A DNA stretch of 64,000 nt from Vicugna vicugna (Eukaryota): contig MU057724.1 in the NCBI GenBank assembly GCA_013265495.1, forward strand, positions 186,001 through 250,000. Direction: 5' to 3'. Under the pieces are notes generated by a model, which had not been told where the DNA came from, made no database searches, and worked only from the letters and a program-made list of their open reading frames with translations. Position 1 is the stretch's first letter. Every line of letters starts with the position of its first letter. Of this stretch, positions 50,755 through 62,699 are shown one piece after another. The position numbers and the translations under genes are program-made.

Positions 50755-53700
50755 GGGAGATCAGGATGGCAAAGTGAGAGCACATGGAGCTCACTTCCCC
50801 CACAGGCACGTCAAGAATACACCTGCGTGTGGAAAAGTTCTCACAGAAGACTAAGTAAACGCTGGCTGAGGAGACCTGGACAGCCAAGGCTGCAGGGAAG
50901 ACCCACATGTAATCGAGTAGGGCAAGAGGAAAAGCATTGGGTTGAGACCTGTACCCCTGTGGGGGACTCAGAAGGAAAAGGGAGATCTCAGGGGTGGACT
51001 CTCACCCTGGGGCCCCCGTTCCTGGGGTCCTACATGCAGGAGACAAGCCCCCTTGGCTATTTGGAGAAGTTGGACTCCATTCGTGAGTGCACGGTGCTGG
51101 CTGACCCTCAGGCAGGGCAGAGAGATCTGCCTGAGCAGCAGCTGGATTCCCGTGACTGACTGACCATGCACCCCAGCCCAGACCCGGCGAGCTGTACAGC
51201 CATGCTCACTCCATACCACATCAGAGCACTGGGCCTGGAATGGCCAAGACTGGGGAAAGAACCACCTGGGGCTGCGTCTGAGCACAGCTGCAGATGCCTC
51301 CATAGGAAGGGCATCGACTCTGTGAGCACAGAGGCCCCACGTGCTTCATCACTCCCTCCTCTGGGGCAGAGGTCCTGGTACAGGGAGAGGGAAAACACAC
51401 ACTCAGAGGGAACAGAACCAGCGCAAGCTGGGGATCAGCACTGAGCAGAGAGGCAGTCTCGCCTCATACCCTGCACAGGCCCTGGCTCCTAAAACACATG
51501 CCACACCCCCATCAAGGTGACAGTGGCCAGCACGGCCTGAGGAAAGATGGCACTGGCATCATCATCAGATCCAGCCCTCCCACCAAAATGGGTCCATGCA
51601 GTCCGTGTAGGGGCCCTCCCACATAAGAAGACCCATTCAAGACCAACACAGGTAGCTGTTTCACCAAAATTTATAGAAGCAGAGAAAGTTAAGCATGTGT
51701 ATGTGAAGAAATGATGGCTGAAAACTTCCCAAACCTGAAGGAAACAGATATCCAGGTACAGGAAGCACAGAGGGTTCCAAACAAGATGAACCCAAACAGA
51801 CCCACACCAACACTTGTCATAATTAAAACGGCAAAAGTTAAATGGAATTCTAATGGCAGCAAGAGAAAAGCAGAGTCATATGCAAGAAAAGCCCTCAGAG
51901 GCTCTCAGCTGATTGTTCTGAAACTCTGCAGGCCAGAAAGGAGTGGCAAGATTCATGAGAAGTGCTGAAATGGGAAAACCTGCAATCTAGGATACTCTAC
52001 GCAGCAAGGTTATGATTTAGGATAAAAGGAGAGAGAAAGAACTTCCCAGAGAAGCAAAAACTAGAAGAATTCATCAATACTAACCCTTCCCTAAAAGAAT
52101 TGTTGAGAAGTATTCTCTAACTGGAAAAGAAGTAAGACTCTATAGGAAAGGGAAAATCTCACAAGGAAACACAAATATATAGTAAGGGTTGAAGATTGCT
52201 TAAATAAGCCAGTACGAAGACTGAAAGACAAAAAAGTGTATAAACAGTTGTAACTACAATAAACAATTAAGGGAAAAGCATGAAGATGAAAACATGACAT
52301 CAAAAACCAAGTATGGGGAAGGGAGTAAAAAAGGTAGATCTTTTAGAATGTGTTTGAACTTAAATGACTGTCAGTTTAAAACAAGTAGATATAATTATGC
52401 GTCAACATATATGAACCCCATGGTAACTACAAATCACCTACAATAGATACACAAAAGCCAAAAAGAAAGGAACACAAGCATGCCACCAAATATAATCATG
52501 AAACCATAAGAGAAGAAACAAAAAGAAAAAAGTGAACGGAGAAGAACTACAGAAACAATCAGAAAGCGTGTAGCAAAATGGCAGTAAGCCCACACCTATC
52601 AGTAATTACCTTAAATGTCAGTGGGCTGGATACTGTGATTAAAAGACACAGAGTGGCTGATTGGATGAAAAAACAAGATCCTTCAATGTGCTGCTTACAG
52701 GAGACTCACTTCAGGGCTAAAGACACACAAACTGAAAGTGAGGAGATGGAAAAATAATTCATCCAGATGGAAATGACAAGAAAGTGGGGGTAGCAATACT
52801 CATATCAGACAAAATGGACTTTAAAACAAAGGCTACAACAAGAGATGAAGGAGGGCGTGATACCAGTACAAGAAGATACTACATCCACTAACATGTACAC
52901 ACCCAGTATAAGCACACCTAAGCATGTAAAGCAAATACCAACAGACACAGAGAGATTAACAATAATACAGTGATAGGAGGGGACTTCAACAACCTACTTA
53001 CAGCAACAGACAGGTCACGCAGGCAGAAAATCAATAAGGCAACAGTGGTCTTAAGTGACAGAACAGACCATTTGGACTCAGTAGGTATCTGTGGGACATT
53101 CCATCCAGAAACAGCAGGACCCCTTTTCAAGTGCACATGGCACATTCTCTAGAGTAGCTGATGTGCTAGGCCACAAAGCAAGTCTCAGCCAATTTAAGAG
53201 GATAGAATTAGTATCAAGCATTTTTTTTCTGACCACAACAGTATGAAACTAGAAATCAGTTACAGAAAGAAAGATGGGGAAAGAACGAACACGCGGAGAC
53301 TAAACATGCCGCTTGAAGGAAAAAAATGGATCAAAGAGGAAATCAGAAAATACCCCAAGACAAATGAAAATGGAAAGACAGAACCCCAGAATCAATGGGT
53401 TGCAGCAAAAGCAGTTCTAAGAGCAAAGTTTGTAACAATGCAGGCTTTCTCCGGAAACAAGAAAAATTTCGAACAGCCTAACCTACCATCTGAAGGAATT
53501 AAAGAGAGAAGAAACAAAGCCCAAAGTCAGCAGAAGGCAGGAGCCAGTAAAGGCTAGAGAGGAAGTAAGTAAGACAGAGACTGCGAAAAAGCCAAAGAAA
53601 AGATCAGCGAAGCCTAAACATTCAACCAGACTCACCAAGAAGAAAAGAGCGAGGAGATGAGAAATGAGAGAGGAGAAACAACAAGCAATACCATAGAAAT

Positions 53701-54571
53701 ATTGACAGAAAATACTACAAAAGTTACATGCCAAAAAGTGGGCGATCTAGAAGAAATGGGCAAATTCCTGAAAACATACAACCTGACAAGACTGAGTCAA
53801 GAAGAAAGAGACAATTTGAACAGACCAGTCACTAGCAGTGAAATTAAATTTGTGACCAACAAAACTTTGAGCAAACTGAAGTCCAGGGCAGAAGGCTTCA
53901 TAGGGGAGTTCTAATCAATATGTAATGAAGAACTAACACGTGTATTTCTCAAACTATTTCAAAAAAGTTCAAGAGGACAGAGCACTCCCAAACTCATTCT
54001 ACGAGGCTACCATTAACCTGATACTAAAACCAGGCAAAAACACTACAAAAAAAGAAAGCTGCAGTATCTCTGATGAACACAGATGCAAAATACTAGCAAA
54101 CCAGACTCCACAGTGTGAAAAAAGGATCCTCACCACGATCAGCTTGAATTTACTCCAGAGTCAAAAGGATAGCCCAACATTCACAGATCAAATCAGTGTG
54201 GTCATCACATTAACAAAAGGAAGGATGAAAACTCACATAAGCATCTCAGTAGACAGGAAGCATTTGACAAAACGCAACATCGACCCATGCTAAAGAGAAA
54301 ACTCCATCAATGTGAGTATGCAGTCAACAGACTTAGCAACAGACTCACAGAAAACAAACTAATGTTACTGAAGAGGGGCGTAAATTAGCTGTATGGGGTT
54401 AGGAAATATTAACTACTATGTATGAAATATGCAAGAAGGTTATGTTGTACAACACAGGGAATTATATAGCCATCATCTTATAATAAATTTTAATGGCGTA
54501 TAGTCTGTAAAACTATAGAATCACTGTGCTGTATACTTCAAATCAACTATACTTCAGTAAAAAAAACAAAT
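50755..54571 (+). mobile_element. LINE-1 with both termini but two large internal deletions
   Basis: 5' UTR start (gggagatcaggatggc...tggagctcacttcccc). ORF1 C-half MAENFPNLKETDIQVQEAQRVPNKMNP with stop at 52118-52120. ORF2 ATG at 52578 (MAVSPHLSVITLNV; IGGDFN; LPNSFYEATINLI). 3' UTR and A-tail at about 54335-54571. Confidence 0.95.
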
Positions 54572-54594
54572 ACACATTTAAAATAAATAGGCTC

Positions 54595-55255
54595 ATTCTT
54601 GCTTGTGCCTCCTTTATAGCCACACTCATCCCCTTTCCCAGCCCTACCCCGTGGCAACCACTGACCTGCTCTCATCATTATAATTCTGTCATTTTATGCT
54701 GGTTACATAAGTAGGCCATGGAGTGTCCATCAGTATTAGTTTGCTAGGCCTGGCTATGCACAGTACCAAAAGCTGGATGGTTAAAACCGAAGAGAATTAA
54801 TGTTTCACACTTCTGGAGGCGGAAGCCTGAGATCATGGCGTCAGCAGGGCCTCGCCAGCTCTGCCAGCTCTGGTGTCCACCGGCCATCCTTGGCATTGCT
54901 TGGCTTGTAGTGGCCAGTCGCGTGGCCATCCCCTCTCTGTGTCTTCACGTGGCCTCCCTCTGTGCTTATCTGTGTCCGAATTTCCCCTTTCTGTAAAGAA
55001 GACAGCAGTCATTGGATTAGGGTTCATTGTAATGATTTTATCTTAACTTGTTTGTAAATACCCTCTTTCCAAGTAAGGTCACATTCTGAGGTGCTGGAGT
55101 TAGAACTCCAGTAGGTCTTTTTTGGAGGGATCCAATTCAACCCTTAACATCTCCTTCTGAAATTTTTTTCTTTTTTCAATTGGCATAATTCTCCAGAGAT
55201 TCATCCAGAGAACTAATGGTGTTGAACTTTTTTTTTTTAATGGCTGAATTTATTC
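54595..55255 (-). mobile_element. L1MD-like 3' fragment interrupted by an MLT1 LTR
   Basis: tggcaaccactgacctgctctc...tataattctgtcatttt; resumes as gcataattctccagagattcatcca after 55150. Confidence 0.7.
54732..55149 (-). mobile_element. ERVL-MaLR solo LTR (MLT1B/C-like)
   Basis: gtattagtttgctagg start; cagtcattggattagggt; taaggtcacattctgaggt; caattcaacccttaaca end. Confidence 0.9.
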
Positions 55256-55570
55256 AAGGTACACTGTCAAAGTAAGCAAGGGCTTGCCCAAGAAGGGTTA
55301 TACAGCAGAAGCTGTAATGGAGCTTCAAGTAACAAAGAATTGAAACCAGCACTTTTCTTCTTTACCACCTTTGGAATGAAGAGCCGAGGTGCTCCACTGG
55401 CTGGTTCCTCATGTATTAATTCAGTCTTAAATTTAAAAGGTAGAGGAGTGAAAGACGAGGGTTGAGGGAAGGAGAAAAAGATGAGGGAGGAATAGAGACT
55501 ATTAAAAGGAAAGAGAGACGAACTAGTTTCAGTTTTCTGTATTCTTCACCCTTCTCACCCATGACCACTC

Positions 55571-56679
55571 TTTTTTTTAACTTTTTTTTATTGAATTATA
55601 GTCATTTTACAATGTTGTGTCAAATTTCAGTGTAGAGCACAATTTTTCAGTTATTCGTGAACATACATATATTCATTGTCACATTTTTTTCTCTGTGAGC
55701 TACCACAAGATCTTGTATATATTTCCCTGTGTTATACAGTATAATCTTATTTATCTATTCTACATTTTGAAATCCAAGTCTGTCCCTTCCCACCCCCTGC
55801 CCCCTTGGCAACCACAAGTTTGTATTCTATGTCTATGAATCTGTTCCTGTTTTTTATATATGTTGGGTTTTTTTTCAGATTCCACATATGAGCGATCTCG
55901 TATGGTATTTTTCTTTCTCTTTCTGGCTTACTTCACTTAGAATGACATTCTCCAGGAGCATCCATGTTGCTGCAAATGGCATTTATGTTGTCGGTTTTCA
56001 TGGCTGAGTAGTATTCCATTGTATAAATATACTACCTCTTCTTTATCCAGTCATCTGTTGATGGACATTTAGGCTGTTTCCATGTCTTGGCTATTGTAAA
56101 TAGTGCTGCTATGAACATTGGGGTGCAGGTGTCTTTTTGAAGTAGGGTTCCTTCTGGATATATGCCCAGGAGCGGGATTGCTGGGTCATATGGTAAGTCT
56201 ATTCCTAGTCTTTTGAGGAATCTCCATACTGTTTTCCACAGTGATTGCACCAAACTGCATTCCCACCAGAAGTGTAGGAGGGTTCCCTTTTCTCCATAGC
56301 CTCTGCAGCATTTGTCATTTGTGGACTTTTAAATGATGGCCATTCTGACTGGAGTGAGGCGATACCTCATTGTAGTTCTGATTTGCATTTCTCTGATAAT
56401 TAGTGATATTGAGCATTTTTCATGTGCCTATTGATCATTTGTATTTCTTCCTTGGAGAACTGCTTGTTTAGGTCTTTTGCCCATTTTTGGATTGAGTTTT
56501 TTTTTTTCTTATTAAGTCATATGAGCTGCTTATATATTCTGGAGATCAAGCCTTTGTCGGTTTCATTTGCAAAAATTTTCTCCCATTCCATAGGTTGTCT
56601 TTTTGTTTTACTTACGGTTTCCTTTGCTGCGTAGGAGCTTGTAAGTTTAATTAGGTCCCATTTGTTTGTTCTTGCTTTT
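55571..56679 (-). mobile_element. Young 5'-truncated LINE-1, same family as 264-979
   Basis: Highly similar to 264-979 over about 700 bp. ORF2 peptide [33 protein letters not shown]-tract at 55571. Confidence 0.96.
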
Positions 56680-56765
56680 GATGGAGATACTGGGGATTGA
56701 ACCCAAGACCTTATGCACGCTAAGCATGTGCTCTACCACTGAGCTATAAACGCCCACCCACCCCG
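56680..56765 (-). mobile_element. tRNA-derived SINE (Vic-1-like), tail missing or merged with L1
   Basis: Reverse complement reads TATAGCTCAGTGGTAGAGCACATGCTTAGCGTGCATAAGGTCTTGGGTTCAATCCCCAGTATCTCCAT. Confidence 0.92.
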
Positions 56766-56784
56766 GCCCTGCCCACCCAAGACA

Positions 56785-57495
56785 TCGTTCTGTGTGTTTG
56801 TCATTTGTATGCCCTTTTTGGTGAAATGTTAATACGTGTCTTTTGCCCATTTTCGGTTTGGATTATTACCGTTGAGTTTTTAAGTTCTTTATTCTGTTTA
56901 GAAAGCTTTTGTTAGATATGTGATTTGCAAATGTTTCTCGGGGTCTGTAATTTGTCTTTTCAGTTCATCACATAAGGTTTTTTTTTTCTTCCTGAGTACT
57001 CTTTTTTTTTTAAATTTTTAAAATTAATTAATTAATTTGGGGGGGAGATAATTAGGTTTATCTTCCCTAATTTATTTATCTTTAATGGAGGTACTGGAGA
57101 TTGAACCCAGGACCTTGTGCATGCTAGGTACTCAATCTGTACCACTCAGCTAACCCTCCCCCTCAACAGGAGTTTTTGCAAAGCAAAAGTCTTTAAATTT
57201 TTTGTGGTCAAATTCATCAGCTTTTCTTCTCATGGTTCATGCTTTTATTGTCAAGTCAAAGACAAGTCAAGTCTCTTTGCTTCGCTCTAGGTCCCAAAGT
57301 TTTACCTTATACACTCTTCTCTAGAAGATTTATTTACACCTGAGTCCATGCTGCATTTTGAGTCAGTTTTTGTGTAAGGCGCATTCTTTGCCTGTGGAGG
57401 TCAGTGTTTGTTTATGGGCCTCCTTCCTGCGTTGAATTGCTTTTGCAACTTTGTCAAAAATTCATTGGGCATTTTTGTGTAGAAGAGATCTATTT
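56785..57495 (-). mobile_element. Old L1 ORF2 3' fragment interrupted by a SINE
   Basis: ttggtgaaatgt...tcttttgcccattt; tagatatgtgatttgcaaat; ttgaattgcttttgcaactttgtcaaaaat. Confidence 0.85.
57002..57163 (-). mobile_element. tRNA-derived SINE (Vic-1-like, long-tail form)
   Basis: tttaatggaggtactggagattgaacccaggaccttgtgcatgctagg...accactcagcta, with a gggggagataattaggttta tail segment and T-tract. Confidence 0.92.
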
Positions 57496-57799
57496 CTAAT
57501 ACAATTTTAACAGTAAGGTTGGTAGTACTACTTTGAATCAATTGGTTGTGTCTTTTTCTGACTTTATTCTTAATCCCAGTGCTAAAGGTAATTTGATAGT
57601 TAAGTTCAAAGGAAATGAGACCATTTTCGCTCACTGGGAGACAGAAAAAGAGACAATATGCCAAATCCAGGATATTTACAGAGAATCTAATATCTTTGAA
57701 GATTGTCAGATAAATTCTCACCTTCAGATAATCTTGTAGAAGTCTTTACTCTTTTTGAGAAATCTACCAGTTTTTAAAGTGTTTCTTGCCAATTGTTCC

Positions 57800-58970
57800 A
57801 AAACAACCATTTATAACTCCTCAGTCCGGTACAGGATTGTGTGCTGTGCTGCGACCTGTCTCCCACTCCTTCCAGTGGAACAATTTTTCATCTTTGCTCA
57901 TCTTTTATGACCTTGTCATTTTTGAAGAAGAGGCCAGTTGCTTAATAGAATGCCCCTTCATATAGATTTGCCTGGCCATGAATAGAGTGAGGTTATGCGT
58001 TTTCAACAGGAACATCACATAAAAAATACTGTGTTCATATCAGGAGGCACACAGTTGATTTGTCCCAGTGCTTTTCTGTGTTATCAATTGATTAAGATGG
58101 TGTCTTCCAGGCTTCTCCGCTCTAAAGTTAAATAATAAGTATTTCATACTTATTAATTAATAACTAGGTAACAAATGTTCTGTGGGAAGATAGTTTAAGA
58201 CTGTATATATAAATGTCCTATTTCTTATCAAACTGTTACTCACTTTTGAACATCTATATGATTCTTGCCTGAATTATTACTCTGATAGTGGTCAATTGGT
58301 AATTTTGTAATTCCAGAATTTTTTCTATTTTGGCTATAATTAGGACCTTTTCATTTCCATGATTGGACTTGAATATGTGTTCACCTATTTATCTCAGTTT
58401 GGGCCAGTAGATTCAGTTTTTTTGGTTCAATGGGTTATGATCTGTAACTGCTGTTTATTTTGATACTCAGATCTCCCGAGATTCAAGTAGCCTCCTGTGT
58501 CCTTTGGACGTGTACTCATCATTCTTCCAGTACTGCCTTACTTTCTGACACAATAAGATGCTTCAGACTCATTTTTCTTTGCTCTGTAATCAGCCATCTC
58601 TTAAGGAGCCCTAGGTGATTTTAACGAAGAATGGCATTTAGAAGCCAAGATCCCAAGATCTGGTACTAGGTGGGCTCATTTGCTGCTGGGATGTCATTGC
58701 TTCTAGGTCCTCTCAAGACAGAGCAAGGAAATACATGTGTTCTCAAGCACACATATATACAGGTCCATATCTGTTCTTTCTTTGTTTCTCTCAGCCTAAA
58801 ATCTTGGTTTTGTACCAGTACCTCCAACTCTAGATCATCACCACAGAACTGACTCTAGATTGTCTCATTTCCTTATCTATAATTCCCTTACCCAACAGTG
58901 AGAAACTTGGTTCTCATTTTCCTCAATATATCTTTGTCTAATTATCTATATGTGATCAGCCTCCCATGTG
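57800..58970 (-). mobile_element. L1MC4/5-like 3' UTR
   Basis: ttatgaccttgtcatttttgaaga; taatcagccatctcttaaggagccct; gaatggcatttagaagccaagatc. Confidence 0.78.
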
Positions 58971-59234
58971 AGCTGCTTCCTCCACTCAACTCACAGCTTC
59001 TAACCTTGCTGGTCACCTCCTCTGCCCAGTCTTATCAGCCAGCCACATGGGATCCTCAGCCTGACCATACCATCCCTGCCAGCAACACCAACTTAACCTC
59101 ATGCCAGCCAGGTTCTCATGGCCCAGCCCTGCTGACCTCAAGGGTCTTCCTAGGCAAATCCTGGCCCCATTTACATCTACTGAATCCTGAATTCTGACCA
59201 AAGGGAAAAGGCTGAATGTCATTATGTTAATTAT

Positions 59235-59349
59235 GTCCTAAGCACCTCCCAGAGGCCCCCCTCTGCCATTACCATCACATTGAGGGTTAGTACTTCAACA
59301 TATGGAGTTGGGGTGGTGAGAGGGAAATACTAACATTCAGTTCATAACA
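59235..59349 (-). mobile_element. MaLR LTR fragment (MLT1A/MST-like)
   Basis: cacctcccagaggcccc...taccatcacattgagggttag...tcaacatatg...aacattcagttcataaca. Confidence 0.8.
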
Positions 59350-60261
59350 GTCCCTTACCCTTAGGAAACCACATCCAGCAGGAGAGAAGGATGTGCATAT
59401 TCTGAATATGAGACACTGATGGTGACGTCCTGAGTGTGTGGGCGTGGGGTTGAGGGAGAGGGCATGACTTCATCCTGCATGGGTCAGAGGTCAAGCAGAG
59501 TGGGGCCTGGGAAGGGCAGACTGTCGCCCAGTAAAGGAGCCCCTTACACTGCTGCAGGCTGGGCCTCACAGAGCTCAGCTGTGTCCAGGACAGCTAGTGA
59601 CCAAGACGTGCAGAGGCCATGGCATGTTTTGAAATATTTGTTGAAATGATATCAGAAACTGTTAGTGTTAATAATAATCACCTAAGGTTATTGCTTTTGA
59701 AAAATAATTTTGGATATAAGAGTAGCTATTATATTAACAGCCTTGACTGTGTCTTTGAATTACAGGTAAACAGTTTGGAGCCCAGGGAGCTATGGCTGGT
59801 GGTGACTGACGTTACTCTGCAAATGCAGCGTGGGGACACCTCTGGCCTTCCCAGAACCATGCCTGTGTGGGTGGCCCCCTCATGCGTGCTGGGCCCGGAA
59901 GTCCAAGATGCACTCTCTGAGGCTGTCTCCCAGAGCTTCCTCTTCCGGGATGCCCTCCTAGACCAGGGTATGCTTTCATCTCACTGATAGCTCTGATGTG
60001 GCGACCAAGAGATGCCATAGACTGGCTTTGTGGGTTCTTGCTGCCTTTGTCTTGCTCTGTAACCACTGGCCCCGTCCCAAATCTGCTGCGGCCATGACCC
60101 TTGTAGTGGCCGCCTGGACACAACCAGAACTCCCTGCAGTGCCGACACGCCCGCAGGAGATGTGGTCTGTTGCGGTCACACTTTTACAGATGCAGGAGCC
60201 ACCTGAAGCCACTGCCTAGAGCAGCACTTTTCAAAACAAAGGAAAGGCTAGAACATTGTAA

Positions 60262-60537
60262 CATGCTTCCCTCGGCACCAACCCCCTGTGGACATCAGAC
60301 TCCACAGGTGCTCACAGCCCTTCTGTGAAGTGGCCTGGGGTTTGCGTGGAGCCTGCACTTGAATCATCTCTTGATCATTACAGCGCCTGACACGACAGCA
60401 GTGCTCTGGACTGCTGCTGGTGTGCAGCAGATTCAGAGTTTGCCTTTGGAACTTCCTGGAACTTTTTCCAAATATTTTCTATCCATCGTTGTTTGAATCC
60501 ACACTTGTTTGCATCTGCAGATACAGAGGCCTGACTG
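60262..60537 (+). mobile_element. MER2B-like TcMar-Tigger MITE
   Basis: aatcatctcttgat; tttggaacttcctggaactttttccaaatatttt; terminus gatacagaggcctgactg. Confidence 0.82.
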
Positions 60538-61075
60538 TGTGCTCAGATAAGTCAGCCCTTTATTCCCAGGAATCACTCTAGGATCCTGCCTAGACTGTAT
60601 TTTCCACTTTATAACTTACATGGCACAAAATCTGCCTTTCTGAATCGAATTTGAACCTAGTGTTTGTGTGCATTTCCAGCTTAGTGCATGGGGCTTTGGG
60701 TTTCCTTTCTGCACAGTGTTGGACACACAGGGCCCCCACAGCAGTGCCCTCAGCTCTACCTGCCCCTGACTCCCAGGAGGCTGCAAAGGACACGTCTCTA
60801 CTGGAGAGAGAACTTGCTTGTTTCAGAGCTCAGAGCTGTGGTAACCTGAGGTGTGTCTGTTGGCAGGTCGGATCGTTTGTATTGGACGGACTGTCCTCTT
60901 GCTTCCAAAGCCCCACCTGGGTGTGGCCTCGGATGCCTGGGAGCCGCCGGGCCCTGTGAGGCTGGATGCATTGGATTCTGTCACTCGGGTCAACTCCATC
61001 TGCAGTGTCCAAGGTGTGTAGTCGATCTTGCTAGAAGAGGTATTTATGTTTCCTTAAATACCACACTTACTTTAT

Positions 61076-61500
61076 ATTCACCTGTTCACTTGTTCAGCAA
61101 GTGTTTGTTGAGTACCTGACAGGTTCCATACACTGGATATATAAGGAGCAGAATCAGAAGTGACTCCTGCCTCCCAGACTCGTAGTCTGTAGAGAAGAAC
61201 CAGCAAATACAGAACTACAGCCTCCAGTGTTCGAGAGCAGGAAGGGCAGGAGGGAGCAGGCAGGGGGCAGGTGGAGGGTGGGGGCAGGAGGAGAGCAGGA
61301 TGGGATGGGGGCTGGGAAGCACAAGGGGTGAGAGAGAGGGAGAAGGGCGTCTGGAGAGGCGAGTGCATGTGCAGCAGAGTCAGAGTTGGCCTGGGGTTGC
61401 AGCTGGGTGGGGGTGAAGCTCGGGAAGGGAAGCAGATCTGGGGTGGATTTAGACAGGAGGGAAGTTGCCGGGGAAGATGACGAAGTCAGTGCAGAGGGAG
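61076..61500 (-). mobile_element. L2 3' end
   Basis: ttcacttgttcagcaagtgtttgttgagtacct is the antisense L2 tail. Confidence 0.65.
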
Positions 61501-62699
61501 CGAGACCCGAGCAGAGAAGGAACATCTGTGAAAGTCATTTCCAAAAAGTGTACAGAAATTCCAAAAGTCACATTGAGGGACTGCCCCTCCACCCCTAGAC
61601 CACTAGATTCCCGAGCCCATGATGGTCTGTACGAACAGCCAAAGCTGTGATCCACCGGTGCTTGGATCCATGGTCCCCATGTGCTGGTGTGTGTTCGGTG
61701 CATCAAGGCCATTTGGATTTTCTCTTCTGGGCGCCTCCTCTCACTGTTAGTACTGAGATGTAACTGCTACAGCCAAGTGGCCTTTAAGGAAGCAGGCTCT
61801 AACGGCCATGTCTCATCTCTGAAGCAGGGACAGTAGACCTGACTTCAGAGCAAAGGAGTACATAAGATGCACCCTGGCGGCCCTGGGGCTGATGGGGGAG
61901 GCAGACACTCAGTGCTTCCACTGCACAGCCAGGCAGCCCGCTGCGGGTGGAGGGCTGGAGCCAGTGACTGCAGGGTTGGTGGCCCCAGGGCCGTCAGGGT
62001 CTCTCAGGCAGAGCTGGTGAAAGGCACATGGAAAACCCCCAGAGGTGCCCAGGCAGCTATAAGGTTCACACTTTGAAGGGGAGACGGGGCTGTGGTTCAG
62101 ACTGGTTCTGTCTTGCTCTGCTGTCCCTGGCCATGCCGAGGAGGTGGAATGGTCAGGTTTTTGTCTTAAATGAAGCAGTGCTTTCAGCACCATGAGTAGG
62201 CTTTGGTGCAGAGCAGGGGCTGGTGGTTGGCAGGAAGATGATTGCCTGGCTCTTTGGAGGAGTGCAGGTGAGGGTGGTTGAGAGTCTGGGAGGCTGACGA
62301 GCCCCTGGCAGGCAGGCTGTGAGGGCCAGATGCCTGCAGACCTGGGGCAGCCTGTCCACAGTCTGTGGTCTCCAGACGCCTGCGGAGATCCCATCCTGTG
62401 ACCTTTCTCAGAGCAGAGAAGGGTGAGGACACAGCCCCCATGTGAAAGTTACTGCCCATGCCACTTAGGCCTTGGGGACCTGGAATCTTAAGACCACAGG
62501 CACCAGCAGTGCCTAGAGCACCGTTTTATGAGGAAATACATCCCTGAAGAGCTGGCTTCCAAAGAGGTTTGGAACCTGACTCACTCTTAACTGCAGCCCG
62601 TGAGTAAGAAGCACAGAGGTATGAGCAGAGGGGAGTCTACAGACACCTGTGGGGAGAGAGGAGGGTTGATTTTTCTGAAGAACCTCATATTTTAAAAAA

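Noticed and set aside
50272..51159. 295-aa plus-strand ORF
   Set aside because: Runs from unique GC-rich DNA across the L1 5' UTR boundary; no recognisable protein; chance ORF.
57401..57739. Overlapping antiparallel ORFs in AT-rich DNA
   Set aside because: Short, partly overlapping L1, with no recognisable homology or convincing splice context.
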